In this document: positions 1-14,019 of the stretch, in pieces
Position numbering within the stretch: the stretch's first letter is position 1
How the letters are laid out: each line of letters begins with the position of its first letter
Source: Lama glama
Lineage: Eukaryota
Direction of reading: 5' to 3'
Assembly (NCBI GenBank): GCA_028534125.1
Contig: CM052818.1
Location: forward strand, 11,968,001 to 12,032,000
DNA length: 64,000 nt
Notes under the pieces: generated by a model
What the model saw: the letters and a program-made list of their open reading frames with translations, nothing else
What the model was told of the DNA's origin: nothing
Databases searched by the model: none
Made by a program: the position numbers and the translations under genes

Positions 1-2901
1 GGGCAATTGTAAGAGTTGCTGTCTGGATGGAGTGGACCCAGCTAAAACTCAGTTTAGCCAGGAGTGCTGTGGAGGCAGGGATCCACCAAAATGGAGAAGG
101 TGAGAGTATATATTAGAGGACATTTGCCAATCTGGGTCACAAGTACTCAACATGTTAATAATCACAATTAGGTTTCTCCCTAATCCCCAAAGTAGACAGG
201 AATCAACAGGGTAAGATATTTAATTTTAAATGACCATGTGGAGATTAACCTGAAATTATAATTTTTTAAAAAATTTGAATTATGTCTTAAGGTTTAACAA
301 AATTAATCTTGTAATCATTTTGACTGCAAGGCAGTATATCGAGCACGAGCCTGTTTTTCTCTAGTACATTAGTTTTATGTCTTAAACTTTGTGAAAAGAT
401 ATTCTTTTGTTTGTGTGCCTGCAAACAAAGGACTAGAACTTGAGTTTCTTTCTGTCTTATTTTATAGATGTTCTGTGATGATTTTGAACATGTTGATGCT
501 GAGCAGCAGTGTGAAGTATGAAAAGTACTAGTTGGTGATTTAGTTGTTCCTTCTCTCTCCCTATTCCTTCTTGCTCTCTGTATATATTTATCATGGTTCT
601 AAACTATTTAGGGCTTACAATGAAAAGCAGCAGGCTTTTTCCACACCATTTCCCATCCCTGGTCTTACTCTTTGAAACAAACACTCTGAAATTTTCATGT
701 TTACAACCTCCATATTTCTAAAAAATACGCCTATGTTCAACATGGCTTGATTTATCTGGAATAACATTAACTACTATAATGAAAATAGATTTAGCTCATA
801 TACTACCTTCTCTCTTCCTTCATCACGATTTTTCTTATATTAGCTTTAATATTTCTTAAACTTCTTTCATGTCTGTTCAATTAAAGATGGCATCTCTTAC
901 TCTCAAATTAGTAATTACAATTTTTAACGTTTCTAATCTTCCTTCCTCATATCTTTCCCTTTTCTACTACTCAGTTTTTGTTGTTTCTTTTAAATTTCAT
1001 TGATCAAATACACTTACATTAGTTTCTGTAACTATAATTAAGCCTTCTAGTTTTGTCTGTTGCTGAATTCTAAAAATTGTTATTAGTAAGCAGTTTGATT
1101 TTTTTATGACTACATAAATATTTTCCACTGAAAAGCTAGTGATCGAACAATTACAATTTTAACATAGCTTTATTGTTTATAATTTAGTTAAAAAATTTCC
1201 TCTTTCCATTTTGGTTTCCTGTATTTTTTTAAAAAATTCTTCAATTAATTTCTTCCCACATATAAGTCTTACTCTAAAAAACATCCGTTTTTTTTTTTTT
1301 GCCATTGTCTCCCTCTTGAAGCCTTCTTTCTGTCTTCTAATCTGTTTTGTCAGCCAGTATTCTTCTAACCACTTTACCTTTTTATAAAGTTTGTTGAAAA
1401 TTTGCTTTGGTTGATTCTATTCCTTGTGCCTTTTATAACTGTGGGTTTATTTCTATCTTTTTAAAAATTCCTTTCTCTGTGTATGTGTGTGTGTGTAGAG
1501 AGAGAGGATATAAACGGGTGTACTCATTTCAGCATCTTGAATCTGAAGTGTTGATATTTTCAAAGAATCAGATGCCCATGTATCTAAACCTTTGAGTCAC
1601 ATTTGATTAAATCTCATGTTCTAATTTTTGGAGGGAGGGGGGTTTGAGATGTTTACAGATACAGCTAAAAGAAAATAATGTTTAACTATATAAAGTCTGA
1701 TATTTTTATGTAAATATTATTTCTAGAATAGTTTTACTTTTGTTTTCTAAGATTCAACTTTTTATAGATCATGATAATTTTATAATTTTTTTCTTTTGAT
1801 AAAGATTGTTGTGTTTTACTTTTTATTCTATTGAATTTATGTATCTTCACAAATGTATTGCCCAGCATTTCTTGAAATTGACCCATTTTACCATTATATC
1901 TGGCCAGTGACTAAAGAGCATATAGTGATGTTAAAAAAAAAGTTTCCTAAGTTGGAAGGCTAATGTTAGTCTTGAACTTTAATAGGTCTTACCGTCAGTC
2001 TGGGTGATAAGCTGTACAATACTCTTAGGCTACTTTTTATCTTTACAAGAGAATGGTATTGTAAAAATGTCAAAAAAAATACCCACATGCCCAGTTCACT
2101 AGTAAATATACTGCTAAATTTGAACCTTTTTGGCAGTAGTTTATGCTACTCAAGGGACCATATTTTTACAGAATGATGTATTTCAAAGTGTATTGGTTTC
2201 CATTGTAGAAAATTCATGCATTTAGAGCAACTTTAAACCAAAACAATTGCACTTGTGCTATATGTTTAAAATATTAGTCATCTTGAATACATGCCCAGGT
2301 TAAGTGTCAGAAGCTATATATTGCACAAAAAGAAAATTTATTGTTAGGAGACCAGCAGTACCTGTGCTTATACAGCCTGTTCCTTCGAGGATCAATTTGA
2401 GTATATGAACTAATATCAGCCTGATTTTTGTACAGTAACATTATTGATAATAAAGCAGAAGTTCATTGAGGAGAAAAACAAATAAAGGAAGCATAAAAGT
2501 CTCATACTGTATGAAACTACAGAAATGGATCAAAGAGTTTGACAGGAAGTTTAATGTGTACATAAGTAGAGTCTGACAGGAACATGCTGTGTGTGCCAAA
2601 GGTTCCGGTGATGGAAAACCGAAACATAGTGCTCACTGACCACAGCATGAGCCTTGACACACATTGTAAATAATCCAGAGATCTATGACTGCATTAAGCG
2701 CTGGGCTGGTGTATTAACGGCAGTAAATCTATAGCAGCATAATGGGATGGCATGCAGAAATTCCTCTGATTAATTTTTGTAATGGATTAATAGGAATATA
2801 GCAAATATTTTCATCTTGAATCCTGACGTCCTCCAACCACCCTCTCTCCCTAGCCCTACCCTCCCCATTGTGATCGTTTTTTATTCCCTTCTACTCACCA
2901 G

Positions 2902-2998
2902 GCTGGTATATGTGGATACTGGCTTTAGTACCATCAAGTTAAAAGCCGAAGATGCTTCTGGTAGAGAGCATCTAATCACTGTCAAGTTGAAGGCAAAG
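2902..2998 (+). CDS. FANCL: FANCL E3 ubiquitin ligase, coding exon (human exon 6 equivalent, 97 bp)
   Basis: cag|G CTG GTA...GCA AAG|gtacgt; encodes LVYVDTGFSTIKLKAEDASGREHLITVKLKAK, matching the FANCL DRWD region. Upstream exons lie outside the window. Confidence 0.97.
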
Positions 2999-5900
2999 GT
3001 ACGTGCTTCATTAAACTGTTACTGTGGTCAGGAAGTACTGTGTGAAATGAACTCTGAATGTTTTCAATGTAAACAAGTGCTAGTTGCTTCTAACAAATAT
3101 ATATGATACTATAAAAATTTTTATTTTAGAACACCTCAAAGAATTTTTTCACTAAGTTTCCCAAAGCCTGCATACAATTTCATGTCACTATTTTAGTTCA
3201 GATTTGATCAAAATATAGACTTTATAGTAAAGAAATATTACAAATTAGGTTTGTCAGCCTCAAAGTACCATCATGTTATTTTTGTAACATCCTGTGTGGA
3301 AAAGATTTGAAAGTTTCTATTATCCCAAGTAAAGTTCTACTGCAGAAGTCTTTTGTCTTCAGTCTTACTATGAATTACCTTTGTTCTTATTTCTGCCCCA
3401 ACCCCCAAACACAGACACAGAAATATGCATGCTTTTCATTGTTTTGGCTGAAATTTTTTTACTTCTGTATTTTAAAAATTTGCAAAGGCTGTTTGTACCT
3501 CTATTTATAGCCTTACAGGCTAGTGATCTATAACTACTGACTAATTTTATTGGCACAAAACATAGCTGTTTCATCTTTATTTTTTAATTAGGGATTGTGA
3601 ATTTTGAGACATAAGTAGAATAAGCCAGTTCAGGGTATTCATCATTTACTTAGTAATCACTAGGCAAACATTAGAATTTGAGAAAACCAGGACATCTGAC
3701 TTTTTTCCTGATCCCTAGGAGTCATCAATCAACTCTATTTCAGAAGATTGTAGTGATGAAAAGATCAATTGTGTTTGTCCTTTTTAAAAATGTCTGGCAT
3801 TTAAGCTTTTCATGAGAGAACGTTAATACATAAAGTTGTACTGGGTGACACAGAAAAGTTGCTTATCTTATAGTGCCTCTATATCAGACAAGTTGAGAAA
3901 TGACTCTCCTACACAGAGAATGTTTTAGGTATAATTTTAAGATTCATATGGGATAAGTGTTGAAAAAAATTGGGCTAACAATCTTATTTGTAAAATAAAT
4001 TACGTGGATATATTTATTAAATGAAAATGAAAAAAATTTGTTTTCCTTTTTAGTTTTTAAAGATGTATTTTTTTAGGATCAAGGAGAAATCTGCCTTTAC
4101 CCTTCCAAAAGTCATATGCTGCCAGTGGCAAGGGTTCTGTCATTTCCTTCAAAATTTATTTGTTTGTATTTTATACATTGATAAAAGTTGTTTTGGTGTG
4201 AATACTAAAATGGAAAAAAATATATATCCTGTCCTGATTCTGTTTAATAGCCTTGTGTTTACAACCTTTTCTGCTTTACTAAGAGATAATGATTTATTGT
4301 CTGTGCTGCCTGTAATCGCACCTATAAGATTTTATTATTAATTCTGGTTAATGACATCATTGGTAGTATTGAGAGGGAGGATGTGTAGCCACTAGTATAG
4401 TCCATTCCATTTGCTTTTTCTTGTAACTTTTCAAGGTACATAAGGTGACACTTTGAATATTTCTCTAGAGAATATTTTCAAGTGTCAAGTTTTTGCAGCG
4501 TCAATAGCTGTGAAGCACTATTATGGATGCCTTTGCAAGAGAGAAGAGAAAGATCTATTTGAGTTAGGAAGAAATTAGAAAGAAAAAAATTTTACCAAAA
4601 AGCAAAAAACAAAACAAGACAGACTAGACCTGAATGAATCTTATGCTGGTGTGATTTGTTCAAGTCGTGAATTATCCATTTAGTTCAATTTTCATCGAGG
4701 CCAGAGTTGTCTTTTAGATGTGGTAATTTCTTTCTTTTGAATATTTGGGATTGTCAGTTAAAAACAGTGAAAGCTAAAACTTACACATTAAGAGTACATA
4801 ATGCAAAAATCGTAGTCTAAACTAAATTTTTAAGGATCAAGCTGATTTCTTAAAAAATAACCTTACATTAGCCTTATTTATGTAAATACTCAAATTTCTA
4901 TTTCTTTTGATATTTTTTGATACATAGTAAAGAAATACATTTGTTTTATTTTTCTTCTTGAATATATACTCTCCCAATTCTGCCTTTCTCTCAACTTTAC
5001 CTCACTGTCCCCCAAAACCCACAAAGAAAACAATACCAATTTTGTTTAGACATCTCATAATAAAAGTAAATATATAAGTCAAAAAGAAATATAATAAGGG
5101 AAACAGTTGAATTTTGTCATTTTTGTAAGTATTTTTATGCAGTATTAACAGTTCATCCTAAACCATGAGATTAAATTATTATCTTTTCTTTACCTTCTTA
5201 AAAAAGAAGTAGGGCCTCCGTCGCTTTGGCCAAGATCAAAACTACTTGAAAAACAAATCACAGATGTGTTTCAGAGGCTGGGCGCTCTGTCTGATGCCTG
5301 TTTTTGTAATTGCTGCAATTTGCATGTATTCAGTTGCTAGGGGGCCTTACTGCTTAGATGGTCCGATTTATAAACACGTTGGGTTAAATTTTTTCTTGGA
5401 AAAGTATACTATGGAGTCTAAAAAAAATTGTGACAAAATACATACTGAATATTATATAATAATTGTATTCCCCTTATAGTTATTGATTTGATTTGTTATG
5501 AGATTTGAAAAATGATATTTTAATTAAAAATAATTACTGTACCTATTTCTCAATATTGTTTTATGTGGAGCTTTTGTTGTCAATTAGACTTCTAAAGTAA
5601 AACTTCTGGCAGTTAGTCTCTGGTGGTTTTATATATAACTCCAACTTACTATTGAAAACTGTCTGAATTTTGATAGTCATTTTATAATACTGTATTTAGT
5701 CATCTATGCTATAGTTAGTACTACAGTACAAACAGTTCTGAAAATGAATATCTAGGATGCTACTTCATAATTCATGTTAATCATCCAGAAGTGTGTAAAT
5801 TTGTACTTTTTAGGCTCAGTACAGTTATGTAAAGTTTATTATATAAACAGAATTGATCTTGAATGTGAATATAATTAACACAGTCTATATGCATTTAACT

Positions 5901-6409
5901 CAATAGATACACAGTGACGCCACCCACATATAGATCAGTCTAATTTATTATGTACATATTTTTATATTTGCAAAATTACACCTAAAATATATGTTTGAAC
6001 ATTATCATCTCAGAAACTCTGTGGAAGTCTCATTTATATATGTGGGACTATATTATGTTTATTATAACCTGCTTTTCCTTAAACTCTTTGTGGATCTCTT
6101 TCTATATCAGTACATACGTATCGTTTACTACCCTGCATTTGAATGTAGGATCATAATCTCTTTTAACAATCACGTGTTCTGTGTGCATAGAGACTTACAA
6201 AGTCACAGGTACTTTACTTGGTTTATGTACTCTGTATACAGTAGTCATTTTGTTAAGTTCATATTCTTACCTAGAATGATTTGTTTAAGTTAGAGAGTTG
6301 GTATATGTTCATTGTTAGCATCAGTAGGAGACAGACAGCAGCAACTCAAAGTGAACTAAATACTCCATTTTTGACCCATGGAGGTTTTAAGTGTGCATTA
6401 TTATTTTTA

Positions 6410-6550
6410 CAGAATATCAACATTTTAGAGGGAAGAGTTTTTTTTAATGCTTTTAGTTGAGTTCCATCATTTTTACATATAAAACAGCGAGAGAAGTTAA
6501 ATGACTTGTCCAAAGTCACAGTTAGCAGAACCAGAGAAAGCTAAGATCTC
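6410..6550 (-). mobile_element. MIR fragment
   Basis: gagagaagttaaatgacttgtccaaagtcacagttag resembles the MIR core. Confidence 0.65.
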
Positions 6551-6851
6551 TGCCTGCATTTACTTTGAGATAATCACATGACTTAGAAAAATGGTGTACA
6601 AATTGTTTTCCAGTGATTGCAGCAGTTATAATCTAAAGTATGTCATCTTCTAGTTTGAATTGTCTGAAATAGGGCTCCCTCCTTAATCTCAGCCTGACTT
6701 TTCTTTTTTTCCTCCAAATTGGAGCACTGTTACATTTTCATGTGGTTTCCTGTATATTTGCCTTTGTGTTATCAGTTCTAGAGAACTGATACCATAGGAG
6801 TATACATTGATAAGTTTATTTTTAGCCAGCCAGTCGTTGTAACTAAATGTT

Positions 6852-6990
6852 GGGTTTTTGTTTTGTTTTGTGTTTTTTTGGTGGGGTGAGGTAATTAGGC
6901 TTATTTTTTTTAGAGGAGGTACTGGGGATTGAACCCAGGACCTTGTGTATGCTAAGTATGTGCCCTACCACTTGAGCTGTACCCTTCCCC
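6852..6990 (-). mobile_element. tRNA-derived SINE (camelid vic-1-like)
   Basis: Reverse complement GGGGAAGGGTACAGCTCAAGTGG...GGTTCAATCCCCAGTACC (Pol III A and B boxes), A-rich tail, 12-bp TSD taactaaatgtt at 6840-6851 and 6993-7004. Confidence 0.9.
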
Positions 6991-7994
6991 TATAACTAAA
7001 TGTTAATTCTTTTCAAAGTATTGATTTCAAGTGGCTGATGTTTGTTAAATACTGTAGTGGTAATTTTTGTCCTCTTTTGCTATGCAACCAAGTAGTTAAA
7101 AATAGGAAGTTGAAAAAAGTGAAAATCTAAAACTTATTATAAACATTTTGTCCAATGAGAGAAAGGAGTTTTCCTAAAACTAATTTTCTTTTAGTATATT
7201 TAGCTTTTTAATGGAATGAAATGAGCATTTTAAAAATTATATATGACTTCCAAGAGTCCAGAATTGAATTTTAGAGAAATCGTGTGGTACAATTCTCTAA
7301 TAACGAAATTGAAGAAAAACTACCTTTTGTCTTCATTAACTTAGAAACCTGATTAGTCCTATGACTATCAGTTTTTGTATAAAAGTATTGAGAAGTTAAA
7401 TTTCTGTTTATCAACTATGTAAAGGTTTTTCTTAAAATTGTTACTTTGTTTTCCTTTAATAAGCCAGAAGGCACACCATTATTTCTTTTATTTATCTTGC
7501 TAAAATTAATTGCTTTATTGTGGAAAATACTTTTTTGTTGATAATTATATGAATTCATTTTTATGCATTTCTTGATTCTTTTAACAAGCATTGCCTCTTT
7601 AAATAGCGACTGAGGTTGAGATTAAATTTTAGACTGAAAGGAAATTAAATATCAACCAGTTTGAACTCTTATTTTAAAAGTAAAGACACTGAGATTTGAT
7701 GTGGTTCACCCCTCAGATCACATTAGCAGCTGACCTGACACTGACTTAAGTCATTACTCTTTGTTTAAAACTAATTGGTTTGGCACCCACAAATCACCAA
7801 ACTTTGTACCTCCTGAGCATAGCTTGACTGTTAATCCACTTTTGACATCTCTGTAATAGTAGAATCAAAATGTTTGTATATAGTACATTTGCATTTATAA
7901 TACTACTTTTCCTAATATATTCAGTTGTTTTGAAATACTTTCTGTGAAATTGTCACACAGAAGCAAAATGACCTAATTTTATGCCTTTTCCTAG

Positions 7995-8063
7995 TACCCT
8001 GCAGAATCACCAGATTGTATTGTGGATTTTCCTGTTTCATTTTCTGTTTCGTGGACACCACAG
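7995..8063 (+). CDS. FANCL: FANCL coding exon (exon 7 equivalent, 69 bp)
   Basis: ctag|TAC CCT...CCA CAG|gtaaat; YPAESPDCIVDFPVSFSVSWTPQ with the RWD YPxxxP motif; phase 0/0; too short for the ORF track. Confidence 0.96.
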
Positions 8064-10089
8064 GTAAATTCTTAAATTTATTTTAAGTAGCTAAAAACAT
8101 ATTCTGTTTACTCATAAGTGCCCATTATAGGTTACAAAGTGATTTTTTCAGTTTTCTTTAAGCATTTATTTATAAACACACTTCTGAGTGCTGCTTTCAT
8201 GTTTCCTAGTCGTTAATCCATTCTCTTTTCCTCTCTCTTACTCCCCACCCCCACCCCACACAAACACACTCTCCAGCCTTTAAATCTTTATGCTTCATTT
8301 TAAGTAAATATGAGGAAGCTCTATTGACAGAAATTTTCCTTTAAATTTAAATCCTAAGAAACTCTTTATAAAGCAGTGAGCAGCAGGTTAAAAATTGGGT
8401 GGAATTTTTCAGACATAATATCAAGAGAATGAGTTATGACTGAAAATATAAACCCTGCCATTTTTATTCAGTTTTTATTGTTTTAAAGTGTTTATCCTTA
8501 GTTTATCCTTGAATTTAGATGATATTCTTTTTGTATGTGCTTTGGAACATTCAGACTGAGTAAAGAATATAGAAGAGTCTTTCTTCTGCTCCTGTCAATT
8601 TAATTTCTCCATACATTGGTGGTATCTGATAAGTTACTGTATTCAGATGTGCATTGTAAATTATAACATTATATAGATAAAATTGGTTATGGTTATCAGT
8701 AGTTCCATCATCAACATTTATATGTGTGATTTTTAAAGATCTGGCAGAATGGTGGTTAGAGTCAAAGAACAGTCTAATGATGACAGGCATAGTCCATCTT
8801 TCACTCAGTGAATTGTGGCAGTTGATTCCAAAATGGAGTGAACAACTTCTCTTGTTATGTGAGGAGAAAAACTTCCTGGTGACATTTTACAGATACTCAC
8901 TAAAAAGAGGCTACTCTTATTTTTGTTATGAAATTTTGATAGGCTCAAGTGAAAATTTATGCTTTCATTTTAAATTATAATATATAAAGTAATCATCTTG
9001 TATATGAAGTTAGTTTGGGGGAGAAAAAAAAAGACCTAATGGGATTTAAATAGTCTCATGAAGTTTCAAATATTACTTTAATCATGCATATATATAAAAT
9101 ATTTTTCTCATTTTATTCTTTAAAAACAACAACAAAAAAGTCTTCCTCCTTCCATTAGAAATCAAGAAAAGACAGCAAAATAAAGGGGAGGAAAAACGCT
9201 TTGATTTGCTTTTGGTATTCTGTGTGTTATAAATGTGTAAGAAATACTGTTAACTTGTATGGAAAGAATTGGAATTACATATAAATTGTGTACCTTTGTG
9301 TTTTTTCCTCCTTAAAGCAAATTTATTAAACATTTAACTCAATACTTACTCATGATACAAATACTTAATGAAATAGGAATAAAAGTAAACATCTTTACCT
9401 AATAAGCTACTACAAACCTTTCTTGTTTTTTAAATATACATTTTGTTTGGCTCCGTAAGTTTCACCTTTGTTTTATGTGAGATCATGAGATAACATTGTA
9501 CATAGTTGTATTACTCTTTCCCAATATGCTGTCTCTAAATTATAATTCAGTATTTATCAAAATCCCAAGATTGAAGAATATGTTTTTAATGAGTTTCTTA
9601 GTGTTTTTAATGTATATAACCATATAAGTTTTCCCCAGACTTTAATCTGTGAAAATATTTGCATCTCCACCAAAAGACTATTTAGCACTTTCCTTATCTT
9701 GCTATTTAGCTAAATTAGTTTGTGACTCTTAACAGTAAAAAATCTTGGAGGACAATTTCTTTTAAATTTTGTATCCCTGCTTAACACTAGCTCAGTTTCT
9801 TGCACACATAAGCATGGGATAAGTGCTTATAATATTAGTTCAAATTCAGGTTTAGATTTAATTGGGTCATACAGCAAGTTTTCTATTTTGTATTAGTTCC
9901 AAGAATAGAAAATTAATTAGTAGTAACTGGAATGTCATAAATTCTTTTTTTAAATTAAAGAACATACTGAAAAATTTTAGCATAGTACAAATAAAAATTT
10001 GGACACCTTTTTATCCACAACTCAAATTTGACATGTTAATATTTTGTCATTTTCTTTAGATAACTCTCCTTCTGTCTCTCTCTTAGGAA

Positions 10090-10930
10090 TAAAATGTTCC
10101 AGGACCTAAAACTTTACCTCCCTTTTCCTTCTCTCCTTTGCTTTCTTTCCCTTTCTAGAAGTAAACCACTTGCCTGGAATTGATGTGTATGCTATTCATG
10201 CATTTGTTTATGCCATATTTTGTAACATACAGAGTCTGACTTTTTTATATAATGTTTCTGAGATTTACCCTTGATCTATGCATATGTAATATGTTTATTT
10301 TAAATGGTTTGTATCATTCCATTGTATGAATCTACCAGTTAATTTATCCATTGCCCTAGTGATACAGTTGTTCACAATTTCTTACTTAAACAGAACATCT
10401 TCTTTGTTTCCTTGTACACACGTGAGACTTAGTGTGGTTTATGCCTAGAAGTGAAAATGCTGGATTACAGGAAATGCACCTCTAGGAGATTACTAAACAT
10501 CGCCAAATTGCCTTCCCAAATTGGTTGTAAGTTTATACTCCTGCCCTGCAATGCATAGTAATTCCCTTTCCGTCTTAGTCTGATTTTAATCTGACCTTAA
10601 TTCTTATCAAGAACTGATAATCATTATTGTTTATAATCTTTACCTTAGATTTTTTTTTTTGTTACAAGCATTTCTTACATATTTTGGATGTATATGTGTT
10701 GGTTACATGGGATATAAGTATCTACTCTCTGAGGCATGTTTTTTTAACTTATATATGATATACTTCGTCAGAGGTTTCACTTTCAGTGTGGTCATATTTA
10801 TCAGTCTCTTCTTTGTGAGTTTTGCTTTCTGTGTCTTGAATGAGAAAATCTTCCATTATCTTGTTCTGAAAAGATATTCTACAGTTTGCTCTAGTTACAC
10901 ATTTTTTCCCTATTTCCTTAAGTATTTCAG
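10090..10930 (-). mobile_element. Old L1 (L1M-type) 3' region, degraded
   Basis: tttatccattgccctagtgat, atgcctagaagtgaaaatgctggatt and ccaaattgccttccc are typical antisense L1 3' motifs. Confidence 0.7.
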
Positions 10931-12459
10931 TATGAAGTAAGAATCCGTATTTACACTTGCCTGTTTTATATATCCTCATTGAATTTGAATGTGTCTTCAT
11001 TTGTAGAGGTCTGGGGTGATTTCAGTTTTTTTTTTTTTCACAAATACCATTAAAATTTAGGAATTTTTCAAAATATATTATTCACCTATTGTTTTAGAGT
11101 CTAGTTGACATTGTAAGCACTTTGGTTATACTGCTAGCAGTATGAACTCTTGAGTCTTTTAGACGTGGTTAAAGTGTTGGCAGTATTTATGGTTTGAAAG
11201 TATGAAGCAACATCAGATTTCTTTGCTGTGTATGGTCTCTTTTCAGTTGACCTGTTGGAAACAGTTCTGCTTATGGGATTTACTATGTTTTTTCTTTTTT
11301 CTTTTTAACAATTTTTAAACAGTTGTAGTTCTTAAGCAAAATAAATGTTACTGTTGTAGTCTAATAGGAAACTTACATATGAGAGACTGTAAATAGGTTC
11401 CAGATAACTGACTTTTAATATTCCTTGCCTGCTTTTGTACATTTCCTCTTTGGAAACAGTGTTTCTGGACTTTAAACTTGGAAGATCTTTATTTTCCTTT
11501 CTTTTCGTAAAATAATAGCATGGCTTTGTGGCATCCATATTAAAAATGGGTAATTTTCCTTATGGTCCCTGTCTTCCTGCTGGGTTGATAATGTTTTGAT
11601 GTATTTTTCTTTTGCTCTGATGAGAGGTCTGCTGCTGCTGCTCTGACATATTCATTTGGATGAATAATTATAACTTGCACAATGTCAAGCTGAAGATGGT
11701 AGGGTTTTGTGCGTCATGACAAGCCTAGTAGCCAGTGCAGGTGTCTCACAGCATGATCAGCAACAGCCAGTGTATTCTGGCTCAGAGGAGACATTTAGAG
11801 TAGTAAGAAATCAGCACCAAGGGCAAGGCTGCTGCTACTACTGCTGCCGTGATATGTGCCAAAGAAACACAAAGTGCTTCTCAAAGACAAGTGACTGCAC
11901 ACCTCTTTACAGATACTTTGTTTACTCAGTGAATTTTCTTACATAGATTTCAGCATAGAATGTAAGAGCATGTCATGGTTTTTATCTTATTCCACTTCCC
12001 AACATTACAGATGCTCTAAAATGTATCTACTCTGCTACCCTTTGGGCTTTTACATACAGGTCATATATGTGAATATTGTTGACTCACGAAACCATAGAAT
12101 GCTCTAATGTAAAACTTTTAAGTGTGCCGACATTCGTGATTCTATAAAAACAAAATTAATTTTCTCCAGGTCTCTGACCAACCCAAAATGGATGCTAAAA
12201 TTGCAGCTCTGCCATTATGTGCAGGTTTAGTGAACTGTCCTCGCCACACTGGTTAGAATTTCACATTTGGTATGATACAGTAAGCAGTGGTCTTTATATT
12301 TTTTATCATGTAAATCTCATATTCTTGGAGTAATGCCATGAATGCAAGAAGAGCAAAACTAATGATAAAGCCTCTGGCTGATAATCTGATGGTGAATGAA
12401 GAAATTGTAATTAAAGGAAACAGTCCTATTGCATAGCAGGGAGCATGATCCATTAGTTA

Positions 12460-12625
12460 GAGCAGCAGACTAGCAGTTGGGTATCCTAGGTTCTGTTTAC
12501 AGTTCAGCCATTGCCTTAATTGTATAATTTCAGACAAGTCACATGAGTGCCCTTTGCCTCAGTTCATACGTATATGGAAATAGTGAACTCTCTTTCACAG
12601 CGATCTTAAGGAAAACAAATTTGAT
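12460..12625 (+). mobile_element. MIR fragment
   Basis: ctaggttctg...cagacaagtcacatgagtgccctttgcctcagttc core-like motif. Confidence 0.55.
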
Positions 12626-13129
12626 TTAAAACCATGTTGGGGGAAAAACCGTCAATATCCATTGTATGGATCCTGTGGAAGTTCTTTTTGATCTGGATTA
12701 TCTTTCTTTCCATTTTTCTCTCTGCTGTCTGTGTTGGAAAACTCATAGTACTGGATTTTTGTTCACTCTTAAATTGTTATGCTCTTGCCTTCTTGGCAGT
12801 CTCATTGTTGCCACAGTGGTATGGGTAAAAAGACATCAGAGGGATCAAAACAAAGGAAACTAATTCATTATTGAGAGTAGGTGATATGGTAGACCCATGA
12901 GATGTGGTGTGATCTGTTGGACTCAGTAACTTATTAACTGCCTTTCTTTGTTTCTCTTTTCTCTTTCAGTAACATCATTTATTTTAAAAGTACCCTATGC
13001 TGATTCTAAAAAAAAAAAAAAAAGGAAATAAAAATAAGCAAAATTAAGAAAATATAAAATCCCTTCCCCTCTTCTCTCCCCTCCCCTTTCTTTTCCTTTA
13101 CTTTTCTCTCTCTCTCTCTCTTTTTTTCC

Positions 13130-13450
13130 CTTACTGTTCTGGCTAGGATATCTAATAAACTCTGAAATATAAATAGTAGACAGAAGCATTCTTGTCTTTT
13201 TCCTAATCTCAAAGGAAAAACTTCGTTTTCATCATTAGGTAGATCTATGCTCATAGTTCTTGTACTAAAATCCTTTATCAATAATTAATGGAATTTACTT
13301 CTATTTCCAGTTTGCTAAGTGTTTCATTATGAGTGAAAGTCAAATTTTTTTCAAACATATCCTTTCTTTATATTAAGATAATCAAATTTTTTTTCCTTTA
13401 ATCTGTTATTGTGGTGAATTATATTGTTTGATTTCCTAAAAAAACAACAA
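13130..13450 (-). mobile_element. Old L1 ORF2 fragment
   Basis: ctggctaggatatctaata...cattcttgtctttttcctaatctcaaaggaaa is antisense of the RT RQGC region. Confidence 0.7.
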
Positions 13451-14019
13451 CATAGTAAGTTTGGGGGAGGGAGTGAAATTAGATCTATGTATTTAATCCA
13501 CCTTCTTTATCTAGTAGCTATAACCCTCTTTTTATATAATATTAAATGTGTGGTTTTTACTTTATTTGAATTCTGATGTATAAACTAGTTGTGAATGTAA
13601 TGCTGAAAATTTTTTCATTGCTTTCACTTACTGGGGTGCTAGTTAAAATGAAGTATTGAAAGTTTTAAATAAGTATACTAAATATGATGGGGTTCCGCCT
13701 TTCCAGCTAGAGGCAAGTGAGGAAATAAATTCTCTGACTTATTTTCCTGCCCACTTGAATAATTTGGGGGTGGAGTTTCGTGTGGATAGGTCGGAGTTCT
13801 TTGGACAGTCATAAAACTTAGGTACGATAAGGAAGAGAACTGACCCACAAGATCTACTACGGAAGTTATATCCTATTTTAGTGCTTTGTTAGATGAAATG
13901 GTGTATTTGTCACGGTCAAGTCTTTTTATATTTACCTTGAAAAAGTACATGAACAGAAAAGCAAAAAGCAGGATTTTTCAGTGGGAAACAATTTAAATGC
14001 AACAGACATTTAATATCTA

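Noticed and set aside
6920..6990. tRNA gene
   Set aside because: tRNA-like head belongs to a SINE with A-rich tail and TSD
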